A DNA stretch of 64,000 nucleotides from Octopus sinensis (Eukaryota), in contig NC_043001.1 of NCBI RefSeq assembly GCF_006345805.1, forward strand, positions 50,654,001-50,718,000, in the 5' to 3' direction. Under the pieces are notes generated by a model. It did not search any database. It saw only the letters and a list, made by a program, of their open reading frames with translations, and was not told where the DNA came from. The translations under genes and the position numbers were made by a program. The stretch's first letter is position 1. Each line of letters starts with the position of its first letter. Below, in pieces: positions 1-11,904 of this stretch.

Positions 1-640
1 AAGTGGCTGAATACTCCACAAACATACTCTCTTTTACTCTTTTATTTGTTTCAGTCATTTGACTGCGGCCATGCTGGAACACTGCCTTTAGTCGAGCAAA
101 TCGACCCAAAGACTTATTCTTTGTAAGCCTAGTACTTATTCTATCGTTTCTTTTGCCGAACTGCTAAGTTACGGAGACATAAACACACCAGGATCGGTTG
201 TCAAGCGATGTTGGGTGGGGCAAACACACACACACACACACACATACATATATATATACATACAACAGGCTTCTTTCAGTTTCCGTCTACCAAATCCACT
301 CACAAGGCTTTGGTCGGCCCAAGGCTATAGTAGAAACCACTTGCCCAAGGTGCCACGCAGTAGGATTGAACCCGGAACCATGTGGTTGGTAAGCAAGCTA
401 CTTACCACACAGCCACTCCTGTGTACTCTTAACATAGTTCTCAGGGAGATTCAGCATGACATAGAGTGTGAAAAGGGCTGACCCTTTGAAATACTGGTAC
501 TACTCATTTTTGCCAGCTGAGTGGACTGTAGCAACGTGTAATAAAGTGTCTTGCTCAAGGACGCAACGCATTGCCAGGAATTGAACTCATGATCTTACGA
601 TAGTGAGCAGAATGCCTTAACCACTAAGCCACACATTTTC
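1..640 (-). mobile_element. tRNA-derived SINE (family B), interrupted by a family A SINE
   Basis: Minus strand has a tRNA-like head (GTGGCTTAGTGGTTAAGGCA...GAGTTCAATTCC at about 570-635) followed by GTCCTTGAGCAAGACAC; homologous copies at 3200-3550, 5735-5995, 41465-41700. Confidence 0.75.
27..425 (-). mobile_element. tRNA-derived SINE (family A) with internal (CA)/(TA) microsatellite
   Basis: Minus-strand head GGAGTGGCTGTGTGGTAAG (A box)...GGTTCAATCC (B box), central domain CCTTGGGCAAGTG...GAAAGAAGCC, microsatellite, tail ending AAAAGAGTAAAAGAG. More than 15 whole or partial copies in the window. Confidence 0.85.
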
Positions 641-708
641 ACGGGTTCTCAATAGATTAACTAATACTGCAATGTAAAGAACACAATCAATTCTGGTTGT
701 GCAATATA

Positions 709-925
709 TGAGGAAGTGCTGAAAAGTTCCTGGCTTTGGGTAAAAGAAAATACAGGAGGATCAGTTAATTATGACTTTATTTAACATGTTCCCCTCTCAG
801 ATTCACACAGATATTGCAGCAACACATCAGATTTTCTAAGCCCTGTAAAAGAACTCGGAAGTTTGGGTCTCCAACCAGGCCTTTTGCGATACCCTTAAAG
901 TTAGAAACTTTTCTCTAATCCCATA
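709..925. mobile_element. Degenerate mariner-type MITE
   Basis: Begins TA+TGAGGAAGTGCTGAAAAGTTCCTGGCTTT; aligns along its length with the intact MITE at 36593-36806; right TIR decayed. Confidence 0.65.
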
Positions 926-969
926 TATGGGTGTCAAAACCATGAGATTATAATCCATTAATAGAATAA

Positions 970-1000
970 ACACATGCACACACACATGCACACACACATG

Positions 1001-1031
<31 letters not shown>

Positions 1032-1172
1032 ACACACACACACACATACACACACACACACACAGAGGCAGGCTCAGGCACAGACAGACAGACAGGCAGG
1101 CAGACACAGACAGACAGACAGGCAGGCAGACACAGACAGACAGACAGACAGACACACACACACACACACACT
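970..1172. repeat. Compound (CA)n/(CAGA)n microsatellite
   Basis: Direct reading; source of the HT/CV ORFs. Confidence 0.9.
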
Positions 1173-1564
1173 TACATTTTATGTAGTATACCTTGAGTAA
1201 ATTAGCTATAGTTCAGTACAGTCAAGAAGGTTGTAACTAACTTGACATTGTAGAGAAAGAGAGAGAGGGTGCATATGTGATCTTGCATCAATGTTTATAT
1301 TTCTTTCTTGGTCACCACTTAGTTGAAGTGGTACTGATGTTGATACTTCTTGTTGACATTATGACCAGCCAGCCACCCATTCTATGATTTTGCAGAGATC
1401 ATTACTTGAAAAACATGTAAGCGTTGGCAACAGGAAAAGCATCCAGCTGTAAAAATTCCTGCCTCAAATAACCCACCATCCAAAACTATGCTAGCATGGG
1501 AAAAATGGATGTTAAATCAACAAATGAATATTGTTTAAACTTGAACAGAGTACAAAATATACTT

Positions 1565-1811
1565 ATTTTAGTCATCAGCCTGCAGCCATGCTGGAGCACC
1601 TCCTAGAAGGGTTTTAGGTGAACAAATCGACCCCCAGTACTATTTTAAGCCTGGTACTTGCTTTATTGGTCTCTATTTTGTCAAACTGTTAAAGTAGGGG
1701 ATCTTAAACAAACCAACACTAGTTGTCAAGTGGTGGTGTGGAACAAACACCAACACAAAGGCACACACACACACATGCACACAACAGACACATAAACACA
1801 CATGCATGTAT

Positions 1812-1849
<38 letters not shown>

Positions 1850-2085
1850 ACATACACATACTCACAAACACACACACACACTCACACAAACACACACACA
1901 CACTCACACACACACACAATTATATGATGGGGTTCTTTCAGTTTCTGTTTACCAAATCTACTTACAAGGCTTTGTTGGGCCTGGAGTTATAGCAGAAGAC
2001 ACTTACCCAAGGCACCAGGCTATGGGATTGAACCTGAAACCAGTATTGTGATTCAACTTCTTACCACACAGTAATACCTGTGCCT
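1565..2085 (-). mobile_element. Family A SINE
   Basis: Tail, long CA microsatellite, central domain and head match 27-425. Confidence 0.8.
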
Positions 2086-2125
2086 TAATAAATACATGTA
2101 GAGCATTCATGATTGCTCTTTTCAG

Positions 2126-2155
2126 GCCAGTAACTCCCCATGACTGGCTGTCCTG
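2126..2155 (+). CDS. Candidate internal exon (PVTPHDWLS) of an unidentified gene
   Basis: Acceptor ttgctcttttcag|G, donor CTG|gtgaga; 30 nt, phase 2-2; joins in frame to 9664-9739. Confidence 0.35.
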
Positions 2156-2733
2156 GTGAGAAAATTTCAAGCATTCCACAGCAATGAAAGAAGCACAATC
2201 TAATCTGGTTGAGCAATATATTATTGTCAAAACCATGATTTTACAATGTAATGCTGGTGATGGTGGTGATGGTAGTAGTCATCGTCGTCGTAGTTGTCTT
2301 TGTCGTTGTTGTTATCGTAGTCATCATCATCATGGTGGTGGTGGTGGTGGTGGCAGTCTGGTGGTGGTTGTAACAGTGAAGTAAACATTGAATATCTGCA
2401 TATATAATGTTTATTTTAAAACGTCATGTCCTAGATAGATGGGCTGTTATGACATTATTGAGAGTTCTAGCTACTTTGACTTGCAGTACTAGGTTGCAAT
2501 TTCGAAGTTACACACACACGCACACACACACATACACAGGTGCATAAACATAGAAACTAGACATGTATCAGCTTTGACATGTTTAAAAGATCAAGCTATA
2601 TTATATATATAAAGAAGGCTGGGAAAAATCCTTCCCCTGGATAAATTTTATGAAAATGGGGTGAAAATGGTTAATTTGATATGGCAGACTGTTACAATCT
2701 TTAGAGTGATAAACCACCAAAGATACCTTTATG

Positions 2734-2921
2734 CAGTGCTCTGCAACCAGTATGCCATGGCACACTGGTGTTCCACAAGATGATGCTAGGTGTGCCGCAG
2801 GGTAACCTGAATATAATTTTTTTCACCTATACTTTTAGTTATACTTTTAGTTCAAGGTGTGCTGCTGAATTTTGTAAAGAATATAAATGTACCACAAGTG
2901 ACAAAATGTTGTGGAACACTG
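2734..2921. mobile_element. hAT-type MITE
   Basis: TIRs CAGTGCTCTGCAAC / GTTGTGGAACACTG; flanks ctttatg and ctttagg resemble an imperfect 8-bp TSD. Confidence 0.55.
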
Positions 2922-3199
2922 CTTTAGGCTGATGCTTGACCTGCTAGAAATAGTAGCCACAACTTATTGTCTCACAAAAGGAAGGACACAGAGACACATT
3001 GGATAATGTGGTATGACAAAGATTGTGTCTGAAACAACAGGAAAGATGAGACAGTTGTGTTGTATCAAAAGTCTACTTGGTCAGGACTAATTTGGGAGTG
3101 AACAATAATAACTGCAACAACAACAACTACCAACAAACTAAAATGTAGAACCAACTTTTGACTCGTAGCATTGAGGGTGTCAATAAGGATTTTGTAAAG

Positions 3200-3550
3200 T
3201 GAAGGCACATGGCTTAGTGGTTAGGGTAATTGGCTCACAATCATAAGGTCATAAATTCAATTCCTGGCAGTATGCTGTGTCCTTGAGCAAGACACTTTAT
3301 TTCTTGTTGCACCTGTCCACTCAACTAGTAAAAAATGAGTAGTATCAGTATTTCAAAGGGCCAGCCTTCTCATATTCTGTATCATGCTGAACCTCCTTAA
3401 GAACTATATTAAAGGTATGCATGTCTGTGGAGTGCTCAGCCGCTTGCATGTTAATTTCACAAGCAGGTTGCTCTGTTGATCAGACCAACTGGAACCCTCA
3501 TTGTCATAACCAACAAAGTGCCAGTTATATAATCTACACACACACACACA
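3200..3550 (+). mobile_element. Family B SINE
   Basis: Head GGCACATGGCTTAGTGGTTAGG...AATTCAATTCC, then GTCCTTGAGCAAGACAC; ends in (CA)n. Confidence 0.75.
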
Positions 3551-4131
3551 CACCAGTGTGTGCATGAATATACAGACACACATATATATGTGTGTGCACT
3601 CCAACACACACATACACATATACATTCATACATTATATGCACACACTATTCCATTGATTGGATCAACTAGAGCACTCGTCATCGTTTAAAGCACAAATAT
3701 GATTGGCTGTAATTTTAGCGAATGAAGATGATTCCAGAGATAAAGAGAGATGACAATGAAAATGATTTGTAAATCAAAAGCATTTTTTTTATTATATAGA
3801 TAGGTGCAAACATAACACCTGTACACACTATTCAACTCAGTTCTCATACTACGCATCATTACACCCACACACACTCATACACATCTTCCAACTCCACACA
3901 CACTAGCACCCAATACCTCCCAAACTCTACCTCTCATCACCTCTATCCCACCTCACACCTCTATGCATTCTCCCATAACACACAGTATTCACTTCAAAAT
4001 CACACACAATACTTAAGCAAATAACACAATTGAATACAGACAATATACATACACACAAACAACACACATAAACACACATTTGCACATAATCATGCACAAT
4101 ACACACACACACTATAGGGTCATACACACAT

Positions 4132-4895
4132 TCCATGCACTAACACACACACATTCCATGCACTAACACACACAAACACTCCATGCACTAACACACACAC
4201 ACACACACACACACACACTCCATGCACTAACACACACACACACACTCCATGCACTAACACACACAAACACTCCATGCACTAACACACACAAACACTCCAT
4301 GCACTAACACACACACACTCCATGCACTAACATACACAAACACTCCATGCACTAACACACACACACACTTCATGCACTAACATACACAAACACTCCATGC
4401 ACTAACACACACACACACTCCATGCACTAACACACACAAACACTCCATGCACTAACACACACACACTCCATGCACTAACATACACAAACACTCCATGCAC
4501 TAACACACACACACACTCCATGCACTAACATACACAAACACTCCATGCACTAACACACACACACTCCATGCACTAACATACACAAACACTCCATGCACTA
4601 ACACACACACACACTCCATGCACTAACATACACAAACACTCCATGCACTAACACACACACACTCCATGCACTAACATACACAAACACTCCATGCACTAAC
4701 ACACACACACTCCATGCACTAACACACACAACACTCCATGCACTAACACACACACACTCCATGCACTAACATACACAAACACTCCATGCACTAACACACA
4801 CACACACTCCATGCACTAACACACACACACTCCATGCACTAACACACACACACTCCATACACTAACACAGACACACTCCATACACTAACACAGAC
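4132..4895. repeat. Minisatellite, about 30 units of 23-27 bp (CCATGCACTAACACACACACACT)
   Basis: CCATGCACTAAC recurs about 30 times; two linker variants alternate in the middle of the array. Confidence 0.95.
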
Positions 4896-5289
4896 ACATG
4901 TGCACTCAAATACACACACATCAACTCAAATACACGCACATCAACTGCTACACACAAGCTTTTGCACATGCACACACATACTATACACAGCCTCACACAT
5001 ATACATGCATCCATATGTATACCTCCCCCACACACACAAATACACGAAATGCACATCACTCCACAAAATACATGCACTAGGTTACGTACACACATACACA
5101 CACAAGCTTCCATATGCACACAAAGGCCTACATAATTTAAAGCTCACCTGCACATACATTCGCATGCGCTTTCCCCCATTCACACATACACACTCACACA
5201 CCATTGTCACATACACACAAGTGCTTGAGCACCCTAATTCAGCCAGGTCACCATTATTATCTCCCTTTCACTCAGCCTCTTTCTTCTAG

Positions 5290-5515
5290 TCATTTCATCA
5301 TGTTGAACCATTAAACCCCACACATTTTTTTCTCTCTCTGTGTTTTTCCTTCTCTCTCCATATTTTCTTCTCTTAATCCTTTCTGTCAAAGAGCGTAGAC
5401 TCAACAAGTCAAAGACATTTCCATTCTTTCTGAGCATCAAGCTAATACACCTGCTTGTTGTTCTCACATCTGTCTTTGTCCTTTGATTTCTGTAAATTCA
5501 AACTATACATACATA
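5290..5515 (+). mobile_element. Degenerate Penelope-type terminal element
   Basis: CTTTCTGTCAAAGAGCGTAGACTC...AAAGAC at about 5379-5416 is a decayed version of the motif at 55589-55626. Confidence 0.45.
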
Positions 5516-5516
5516 A

Positions 5517-6350
5517 GTATGTATGTATGTCATTCTTCAGTTCTATTTCAAGATTTCTTGCCAATAGAGAAAGAACCGGTTTCTCAAATCTACATCCAAG
5601 GCTCCAGCATTGGAATTTCAACATCAACAACAGGGTGTTTTTGTTTGTTTGTATGTATGTATGTATGTATGTGCAGATTTGTATGCTTTATGTATGTACT
5701 CTCATGCATATAGCTGCATATCTAGATATAAAAAAAAATAAATAAATGTGCCCTTTTAAAGCCTAGCCAGGCTCATGGGCCCAGTTTCCCGGTTTCTATG
5801 GCATATGTGTTCCCCAGCTTGACAGGACACCAGTCCATCACAGCGTTACTCATTTTTGCCAGCTGAGTGAACTGGAGCAACGTGAAATGAAGTGCTTTGC
5901 TCAAGAACACAACACATTGCCCGGTCCAGGAATCGAAACCACAATCTTACGATAATGGGGCTGGCACCCTAACCACTAAGCCATACGCCTCCACATATCT
6001 AGATATGCTCATATATATTTAAATGATAAACTTCTGGAAAGTTTTACAGATTTTTACAGTTCCAGTGATGTATTGGATCTGTAGTCTTTGAATTAGCTTT
6101 CTCCTTCCTGGTTTTGAGAAACCCAATTTCTCTAGATTGGTATTTAGCAGTGAGTTACATATCCTAGGGCCCCAGTAATTACAGGTATACACCTGAACTT
6201 GTAATCTGGATAGAGTAACTGCAGATTTCTCAATAGCTCAGCATAAGCATTCTCTTTTTCACTGATCTTCAGCTTTATGTTAACATCTGCTGGGCAGTTA
6301 ATTTCCACAACTGTGCACAGGTTTCTCTTCTCTATCCCAAATCAGGTCTG
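5517..6350 (-). mobile_element. 3' end of an R4/Dong-like non-LTR retrotransposon (restriction-like endonuclease region and 3'UTR), split by a SINE
   Basis: Minus-strand translation across frameshifts: IWDREEK..TVVEINCPADVNIKLKISEKENAYAELLRNLQLLYPDYKF..IPVITGALG..NLEKLGFSKPGRRKLIQRLQIQ..TGTVKICKTFQKFII*. 3'UTR matches 48240-48600 and ends in (TACA)n. Confidence 0.75.
5735..5995 (-). mobile_element. Family B SINE nested in the R4/Dong-like 3'UTR
   Basis: Head GTGGAGGCGTATGGCTTAGTGGTTAGG...GGTTTCGATTCC on minus strand. Confidence 0.75.
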
Positions 6351-6390
6351 TTGTGCTAACATTTTACTGAAGTCTTTACTGGGACATTCC

Positions 6391-6421
<31 letters not shown>

Positions 6422-6832
6422 TGTATGTATGTATGTATGTATGTAGGTAGGTAGGTAGGTAGCTATGTAGGTGTGTGTGTACATGATAGCTAAGTAGGTG
6501 TGTATGTGATTTTGGAGTGAATACTGTGTGTTGTGGGGGAATGCATAAAGGTGTGAGGTGGGATAGGAGTGATGAAAGTTAGGGGTTGGGAGGTATTGGG
6601 TGCTAGTATGTGAGGAGTGGGAAGATAATGGTGTGTGCTGTGTGTACTGAGTTGAACGGTGTGTTTTTGCAAACCTCTCCATGATAATTGTGATTTATTC
6701 ACAAATTATACACTCTTCTTTGATAAAATAATTTTTTGATTGCATGTTCCCGCCACTGATATATTCATAAATAATTTTGAATTGTTTACAATACATCCTT
6801 CATAATGTATTTTTATATTCCTCTTTTATATA

Positions 6833-8106
6833 CTGGGTTGGCAACTAAGTTCCTGCCGTTTTGGAATTTATTGTGTTTTTAAAGTTTGGAATCTATTTTT
6901 TCCAAGAATTCTATTTTTGAATCATTTTTGAATCTATTTTGCTTTTTTTTCTAGTTAATTTTAGTTAATTTTTGTTTATTTTCAGATCATTAAAATGGAA
7001 TGTCAAGTTAAGAAAAATGAGCATTTTTGACACCTCCTTCTTTTTGTTTTTAATCAAAGTTCTAAGGCAGCAAAAACTGCTTACAACATTTGTGCTGTGT
7101 ATGGAGAGAGTGCCACAGCTGAAAGAACCACTCTTGATTGGTATGCCAAGTTCAAAAATGAAAATATTGACTTCAAAGATGCATCTCGTTCTGGCTATCC
7201 AGTTGAGTTCAATGAAGAGTGATTAAACCAACTTTTGCACGAAAATTCTCATCAAACAATGAGGGAACTGGCAGAGAAAATGGAATGCTCCCACACTGCT
7301 ATAGAGAAGCATCTTCACTCGATGGGAAAGGTTCAGAAGTATGGAGCATGGGTTCCTCATGCATTAAGTGACAACAACAAAAATCAACGTCCCACAATCT
7401 CTGCTGGCCTGCTTGCTTGTCACTGCTCAACTCATGGACACAAGCAAAGATTTTCTTTACTGAATCGTTACTGGTGACGAAAAATGGTGCCTGTACATCA
7501 ATATGAAGCAGCATAAGGAATGGCTTAGCCCCAGTGAACAAGCAACACCGCGTGTGACACAAGATCTTCATCTCTGTAAAATGATATTGTGCATATGGTG
7601 GGACTGGGAAGGGATTATCCATTATGAATTGCTTGAACAGAACCAAATGATCAATGCGGAACTCTATGTTCAACAGATGGAATGACTTAACATGGCTATT
7701 CAAGAGAAAAGACCTAATCGTCAGCATGAAGTTCTGCTGCACGACAATGCCCACCCTCATATGATAAAGGAAGCCATTCAAATGCATGGCTGGGTGGTGC
7801 TGCTACACCCGCCGTACTCTCCTGATTTGGCACCAATGTATTTCCACCTCTTTCAATCTCTTTCAAATGCTATGTGCGGAGTTTCGTTCAATACTGATGC
7901 AGAATTGAGATCTTGGTTGGATCAATTTTTTGAGTTGAAATTGGGCGATTTCTACCAACGCGGTATTGAAAATCTTGTTGAACATTGGGAACAAATTGTA
8001 AACAACAAGGGTGAATACATTATTGATTAATTAGTTGTTATATTTTATTAAACCATTTCAAAAATTTAAATTTAAAAAAACCGTGGGAACTTAGTTGCCA
8101 ACCTAA
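6833..8106 (+). mobile_element. Full-length (1274 bp) mariner transposon with pseudogenised transposase (6995-8030)
   Basis: 30-bp TIRs CTGGGTTGGCAACTAAGTTCCTGCCGTTTT / rc TTAGGTTGGCAACTAAGTTCCCACGGTTTT, TA on both flanks; WVPHAL, GDEKW, HDNA, YSPDLAP motifs; premature stops, a frameshift, third catalytic Asp lost. Confidence 0.95.
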
Positions 8107-8189
8107 TATATGTATATGCATGCATGTATCATCAGCAAATCATAAATCCAAATGAGAAGCATACTCTAAGTTATAGAATAGTAATAGAG

Positions 8190-8422
8190 TAATTAGATAA
8201 AGATAGTTATGGCTGGTCTATGAGGTTACCCTGGGTTTCATGGTTGTAAAGTGCTTGGCTTTACAGCATTGCTTCAGACCCTAATGCCTGGTGGTTTATA
8301 ACCTGTATGTAGTAGGTGATAGGTCACTAGCAATTAGCATCTGGAGAGACATTGTAAAGCTAAGCACTTTATGGATGTAAAACACTGGGTAATCCCAGGC
8401 CATAACTATCTTTATCTAATTA
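8190..8422. mobile_element. MITE with long imperfect TIRs
   Basis: Perfect 24-bp termini TAATTAGATAAAGATAGTTATGGC / GCCATAACTATCTTTATCTAATTA, imperfect pairing to about 70 bp. Confidence 0.75.
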
Positions 8423-8453
8423 TGTGTGCGTGTGTGCGTGTGTGTGTGTGTGC

Positions 8454-8495
<42 letters not shown>

Positions 8496-8710
8496 ATGTC
8501 TATATGTCTATGTGTGAGTGTCATTGTGTTTGGGTTTGTCCACCATCACCACTTGACAACTCTTTTAGCAAAAGAGACTGATAGAATAAGTACCAGGTTT
8601 TAATAAAATAGGTACTGGGGTCGATTTGTTCAACTAAAACCTTCAAGGTAGTGCCGCAGCATAACTGTAGTCAAATGACTGAAACAAGTAAAAGATAAAA
8701 GGTAAAAGAT
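8423..8710 (+). mobile_element. Family A SINE, microsatellite plus tail only
   Basis: (GT)n then GGGGTCGATTTGTTCAACT...GACTGAAACAAGTAAAAGATAAAA. Confidence 0.65.
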
Positions 8711-8949
8711 ATATATGTATATATATTTATGTGTATAAAATCATAAATGACAGAGAAATAGTTTGATGAAATTTTATTTAACAATAAGAAAATTCTAATA
8801 CCACAACAAATTGTTTCATAACTTAAGAACATGTAAATAATTTATATTATCATTTCTTTTGTATCATGCTATATATTCTATATGTTTTGCATAATGATAC
8901 ATTAAGGAGCTTTTTTATGAGTACTACTGGATTACCTGAATCCATATAT

Positions 8950-9165
8950 TTTTTTCTACTCTAAGCACAAGGCTTGAAATTTTGGGGGAGGAGGCCAGAT
9001 GATTAGATCGACCCCAGTATGCAACTGGTATTTAATTCATTGACCCTGAAAGGATAAAAGGTAAAGTCAATCTTGATGGAATTTGAACTCAGAACATAGA
9101 GACAGACAAAATATTGCTAAGCATTTTGCCTGGCATGCTAACGTTTTTGCCAGCTCGCTACCTTC
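8950..9165 (-). mobile_element. tRNA-derived SINE (family C)
   Basis: Minus strand: GAGCTGGCAAAAACGTTAGC...TTCTGAGTTCAAATTCC, then CTTTATCCTTTCAGGGTCAATGAATTAAATACCAG; copies at 29230-29430, 40321-40524, 54060-54120. Confidence 0.75.
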
Positions 9166-9199
9166 CTGAATTCATATATTGTGACTTAAATATATTTAT

Positions 9200-9455
9200 G
9201 TGTATATGTGTGTCTGTGTGTGTGTTTATGTTTGTCTGTACCCTTGTCTTGACATCATGTGATAGTTGTAAACAGGTATTACTGTCATTCAAGCAATATA
9301 TTTTGCTTCCAATCTTTCATTGAAAACATGTCTGACTGAAGGGAAATATTACTTGAATACAAGTGAGGGTTGTTAATGAGAAAGGCATGTACCTGTAAAA
9401 ATTTGCCTCTGACCCATGCAAGCATGGAAAAGTGGGCGTTAAAACAATAATGATA
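9200..9455 (+). mobile_element. SINE 3' part with RTE-like tail (family E)
   Basis: Ends ACCCATGCAAGCATGGAAAAGTGGGCGTTAAAAC, like the RTE tail; homologous to 1270-1525 and 39973-40260. Confidence 0.6.
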
Positions 9456-9663
9456 TTTATGTGTATTTGTGTGTGTTGTTATTTGTCACATGTTGTGGTT
9501 TGCTCCCAGCTCAGTACAGACTGAGCAGAACTATGGTCTAAGGCAGTGGACCAAAGACCAATCTACCTGAAGTTTATAATTAATTATGCTATTGATCACC
9601 AGCTGAAAATCAATAAAGATAAACAGCGGCATTCCACTGATGATTATTCTATCTTTTCTCTAG

Positions 9664-9739
9664 GCACAAATACCCAGGAACACATTATTCAATGTCCTTT
9701 TCTAAGAAAGAGAGAGGAAAGAAGAGGGAGAAGGAGAAT
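9664..9739 (+). CDS. Candidate internal exon (HKYPGTHYSMSFSKKERGKKREKEN)
   Basis: Acceptor atcttttctctag|G, donor AAT|gtgagt; 76 nt, open in phase 2. Confidence 0.4.
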
Positions 9740-10916
9740 GTGAGTGAAGTGTATGGGGTGGAAGAATAGAAGCTAGGTACAGTACAATATTAATAGACTT
9801 ATATCATCTATGCTAATTTACAGGTACCAATAATTCATTTAATTATTTAAGTAAATTTAATAGTTGTTTAATTTAGAGTATCCTCACAAAAATAAGTAAT
9901 CTGGAAAGGCTTTCAAATCAAAGGTTCCTGAAAGTTGATGTCGCATTTTCATTTTTGTATCTGGTTTGCAAGATTCTTTATGTGGATTCATGTGTTGAAA
10001 CAAATTTTGTTGTCTCTAGGGAGAGTCATTAAGCCAATATAATCAACACACACACTGGTTCAATTGCACTCATTTACTAAATGTAGCGAATTTTAGTGGT
10101 AACTCTATGGCATACATTTGATCTAGCTGTTCTGCATCATATACTCCAGGGGGTGTTGTTGTTGCTGTTGGTGGTGGTGTGTTAATTATATTAGCATGAT
10201 GACTCTCTGTATCTGTTATAGCAAGAACATTGACAGGGCCAGTCATCTTCTTGGATTGAAGTTACTGGAGTAGTTTCTATTTTACACTTGACAACTTTGT
10301 GCTCATGTAGAGATGAGATATAAAGGGTCAAGAAATAAACAATAGGAGAGGTTTTGTTATGTGATGTATAGAGTGATGTTGGAAGTTAAATTCACAGTAA
10401 ATATGGGGGAGACTATGTTGTTGTTCCAGCAGTTTTTGAACTGACAAACATCAGTCTCTACCACTCACAACAAATTATTTGTAAAATTTTTTTGGTACAT
10501 CTTCCTCATTAATGAAAAGATAAATCAGAGTTACATTCATATAAATCTTTATCTTATACTATGGTGCTGAACATCTTTAAATAGTTGGATAACATCATTG
10601 TTTTATTGGACATGGAAATTTCTTGGGCCTCTTTTCAAGTCTCATAACCACCCAACTACTATGAGAGGTACTTGTTTAGCCAAGGTCAGCTCTGATTGAG
10701 CAGAATTTAATTATCAAAGGTATTCTAGCTATGACCTTCCCATATTGCCCTATTGTTGAAATCCTACAGCCTAAAGTGTAATTTTATTTTGTGGCAAAGA
10801 TTAAGTCAATTTACCATGTTCCACTAGTTGAACAGTACTGTTCTTGTTAACTCTAGAAATGCACTGGTCATACAGTCCTATAATTCAAAGGCATTCCAGT
10901 CAAAACTATCCCATTT

Positions 10917-10956
<40 letters not shown>

Positions 10957-11091
10957 GAGTGGTTGTATAAAGTCAACATAACGTGACAGTCCCGTAGAGG
11001 GAATTACACCACCGCTATATAGCCCTAGGAAGCATCAACGCTTCTTATCGGCTTTGACACATTTCCTGTGTCCTTATATTTGCAGTGTATA

Positions 11092-11125
<34 letters not shown>

Positions 11126-11149
11126 AATATAAATATATATATAAAAAAA

Positions 11150-11425
11150 AAAACCATCCGAACGTTGCCAGCGCCGCCTTGGCTGGCTTCCGTGCCACTG
11201 GCACGTTAAAAGCTCGAACCGATCGTGACCGATGCCAGACCCCCCCTGGCACCTGTGCAGGTGGCACATAAAAAGCACCCACTACACTCGCGGAACGGTT
11301 GGCGTTAGGAAGGGCATCCAGCCATAGAAACTCTGCCAGATCAGACTGGAGCCTGGAGCATCCCCTGGCTTCCCAGACCCCGGTCAAACCGTCCAACCCG
11401 TGCTAGCGCGGAAAACGGACGTTAA

Positions 11426-11463
<38 letters not shown>
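11150..11463 (+). mobile_element. RTE LINE 3'UTR fragment with (GAT)n tail
   Basis: GGCGTTAGGAAGGGCATCCAGC...CCGTCCAACCC...GGACGTTAAATGATGATG, same as the 3' end of the 25905-28715 LINE. Confidence 0.85.
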
Positions 11464-11464
<1 letters not shown>

Positions 11465-11826
11465 GTGTGTGTGTGTGTGTGAATGCATGCACCATCTCTT
11501 CGATTATGTCTTCCATGAATAAGGAAGTTTGGATAGTGTTTTTATTGCTGTTGATGATGGTGGTGGAGGTGATGCTATTTAGACCCTAGTCAAGCCAGAT
11601 TGAGCAAATCTATAATAAAGGCATTCCAGTGACAATGATCTTGATTTTGTATTATTTTGCTTATTCAAGCGTAGTGCATTAAGGGTACAATATGAAATCT
11701 GTCTTTCCCAAAAGGTTTGTTGGGAAATTCTTTCATGTTTAATTGTTATATGACAAAAGATTCAATGCAGTAAAGATGAAAGGTCTTATGTTAGGTCTTT
11801 TCATAACTAACATTGTGTTCTTCCAG

Positions 11827-11874
11827 TATCATTGGAAGACAAAGAGATAGCAGACAAGTACATGCTGGCCTCCA
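11827..11874 (+). CDS. Candidate exon (SLEDKEIADKYMLAS)
   Basis: Acceptor tgtgttcttccag, weak donor A|gtaaat; phase 1-1; joins in frame to 12449. Confidence 0.25.
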
Positions 11875-11904
11875 GTAAATTTTAAGAAAAGTGAATCACG
11901 TTAA

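Noticed and set aside
836-1186. ORFs rich in HT, CV, YI or MYVC repeats (also 1719-2051, 19066-19401, 31000-31594, 36402-37060, 60859-61524 and others)
   Set aside because: Translations of CA, TA and TACA microsatellites; not genes.
4132-4895. CRISPR-like repeat-spacer appearance (also 33349-33420)
   Set aside because: Linkers are near-identical CA-rich sequence, not unique spacers; eukaryotic context, no cas genes.
7299-7787. 162-aa minus-strand ORF
   Set aside because: Antisense shadow of the mariner transposase.
11827-11874. IADKYML resembles a Speedy/RINGO motif
   Set aside because: Flanking residues do not match the Speedy box; too short to be significant.
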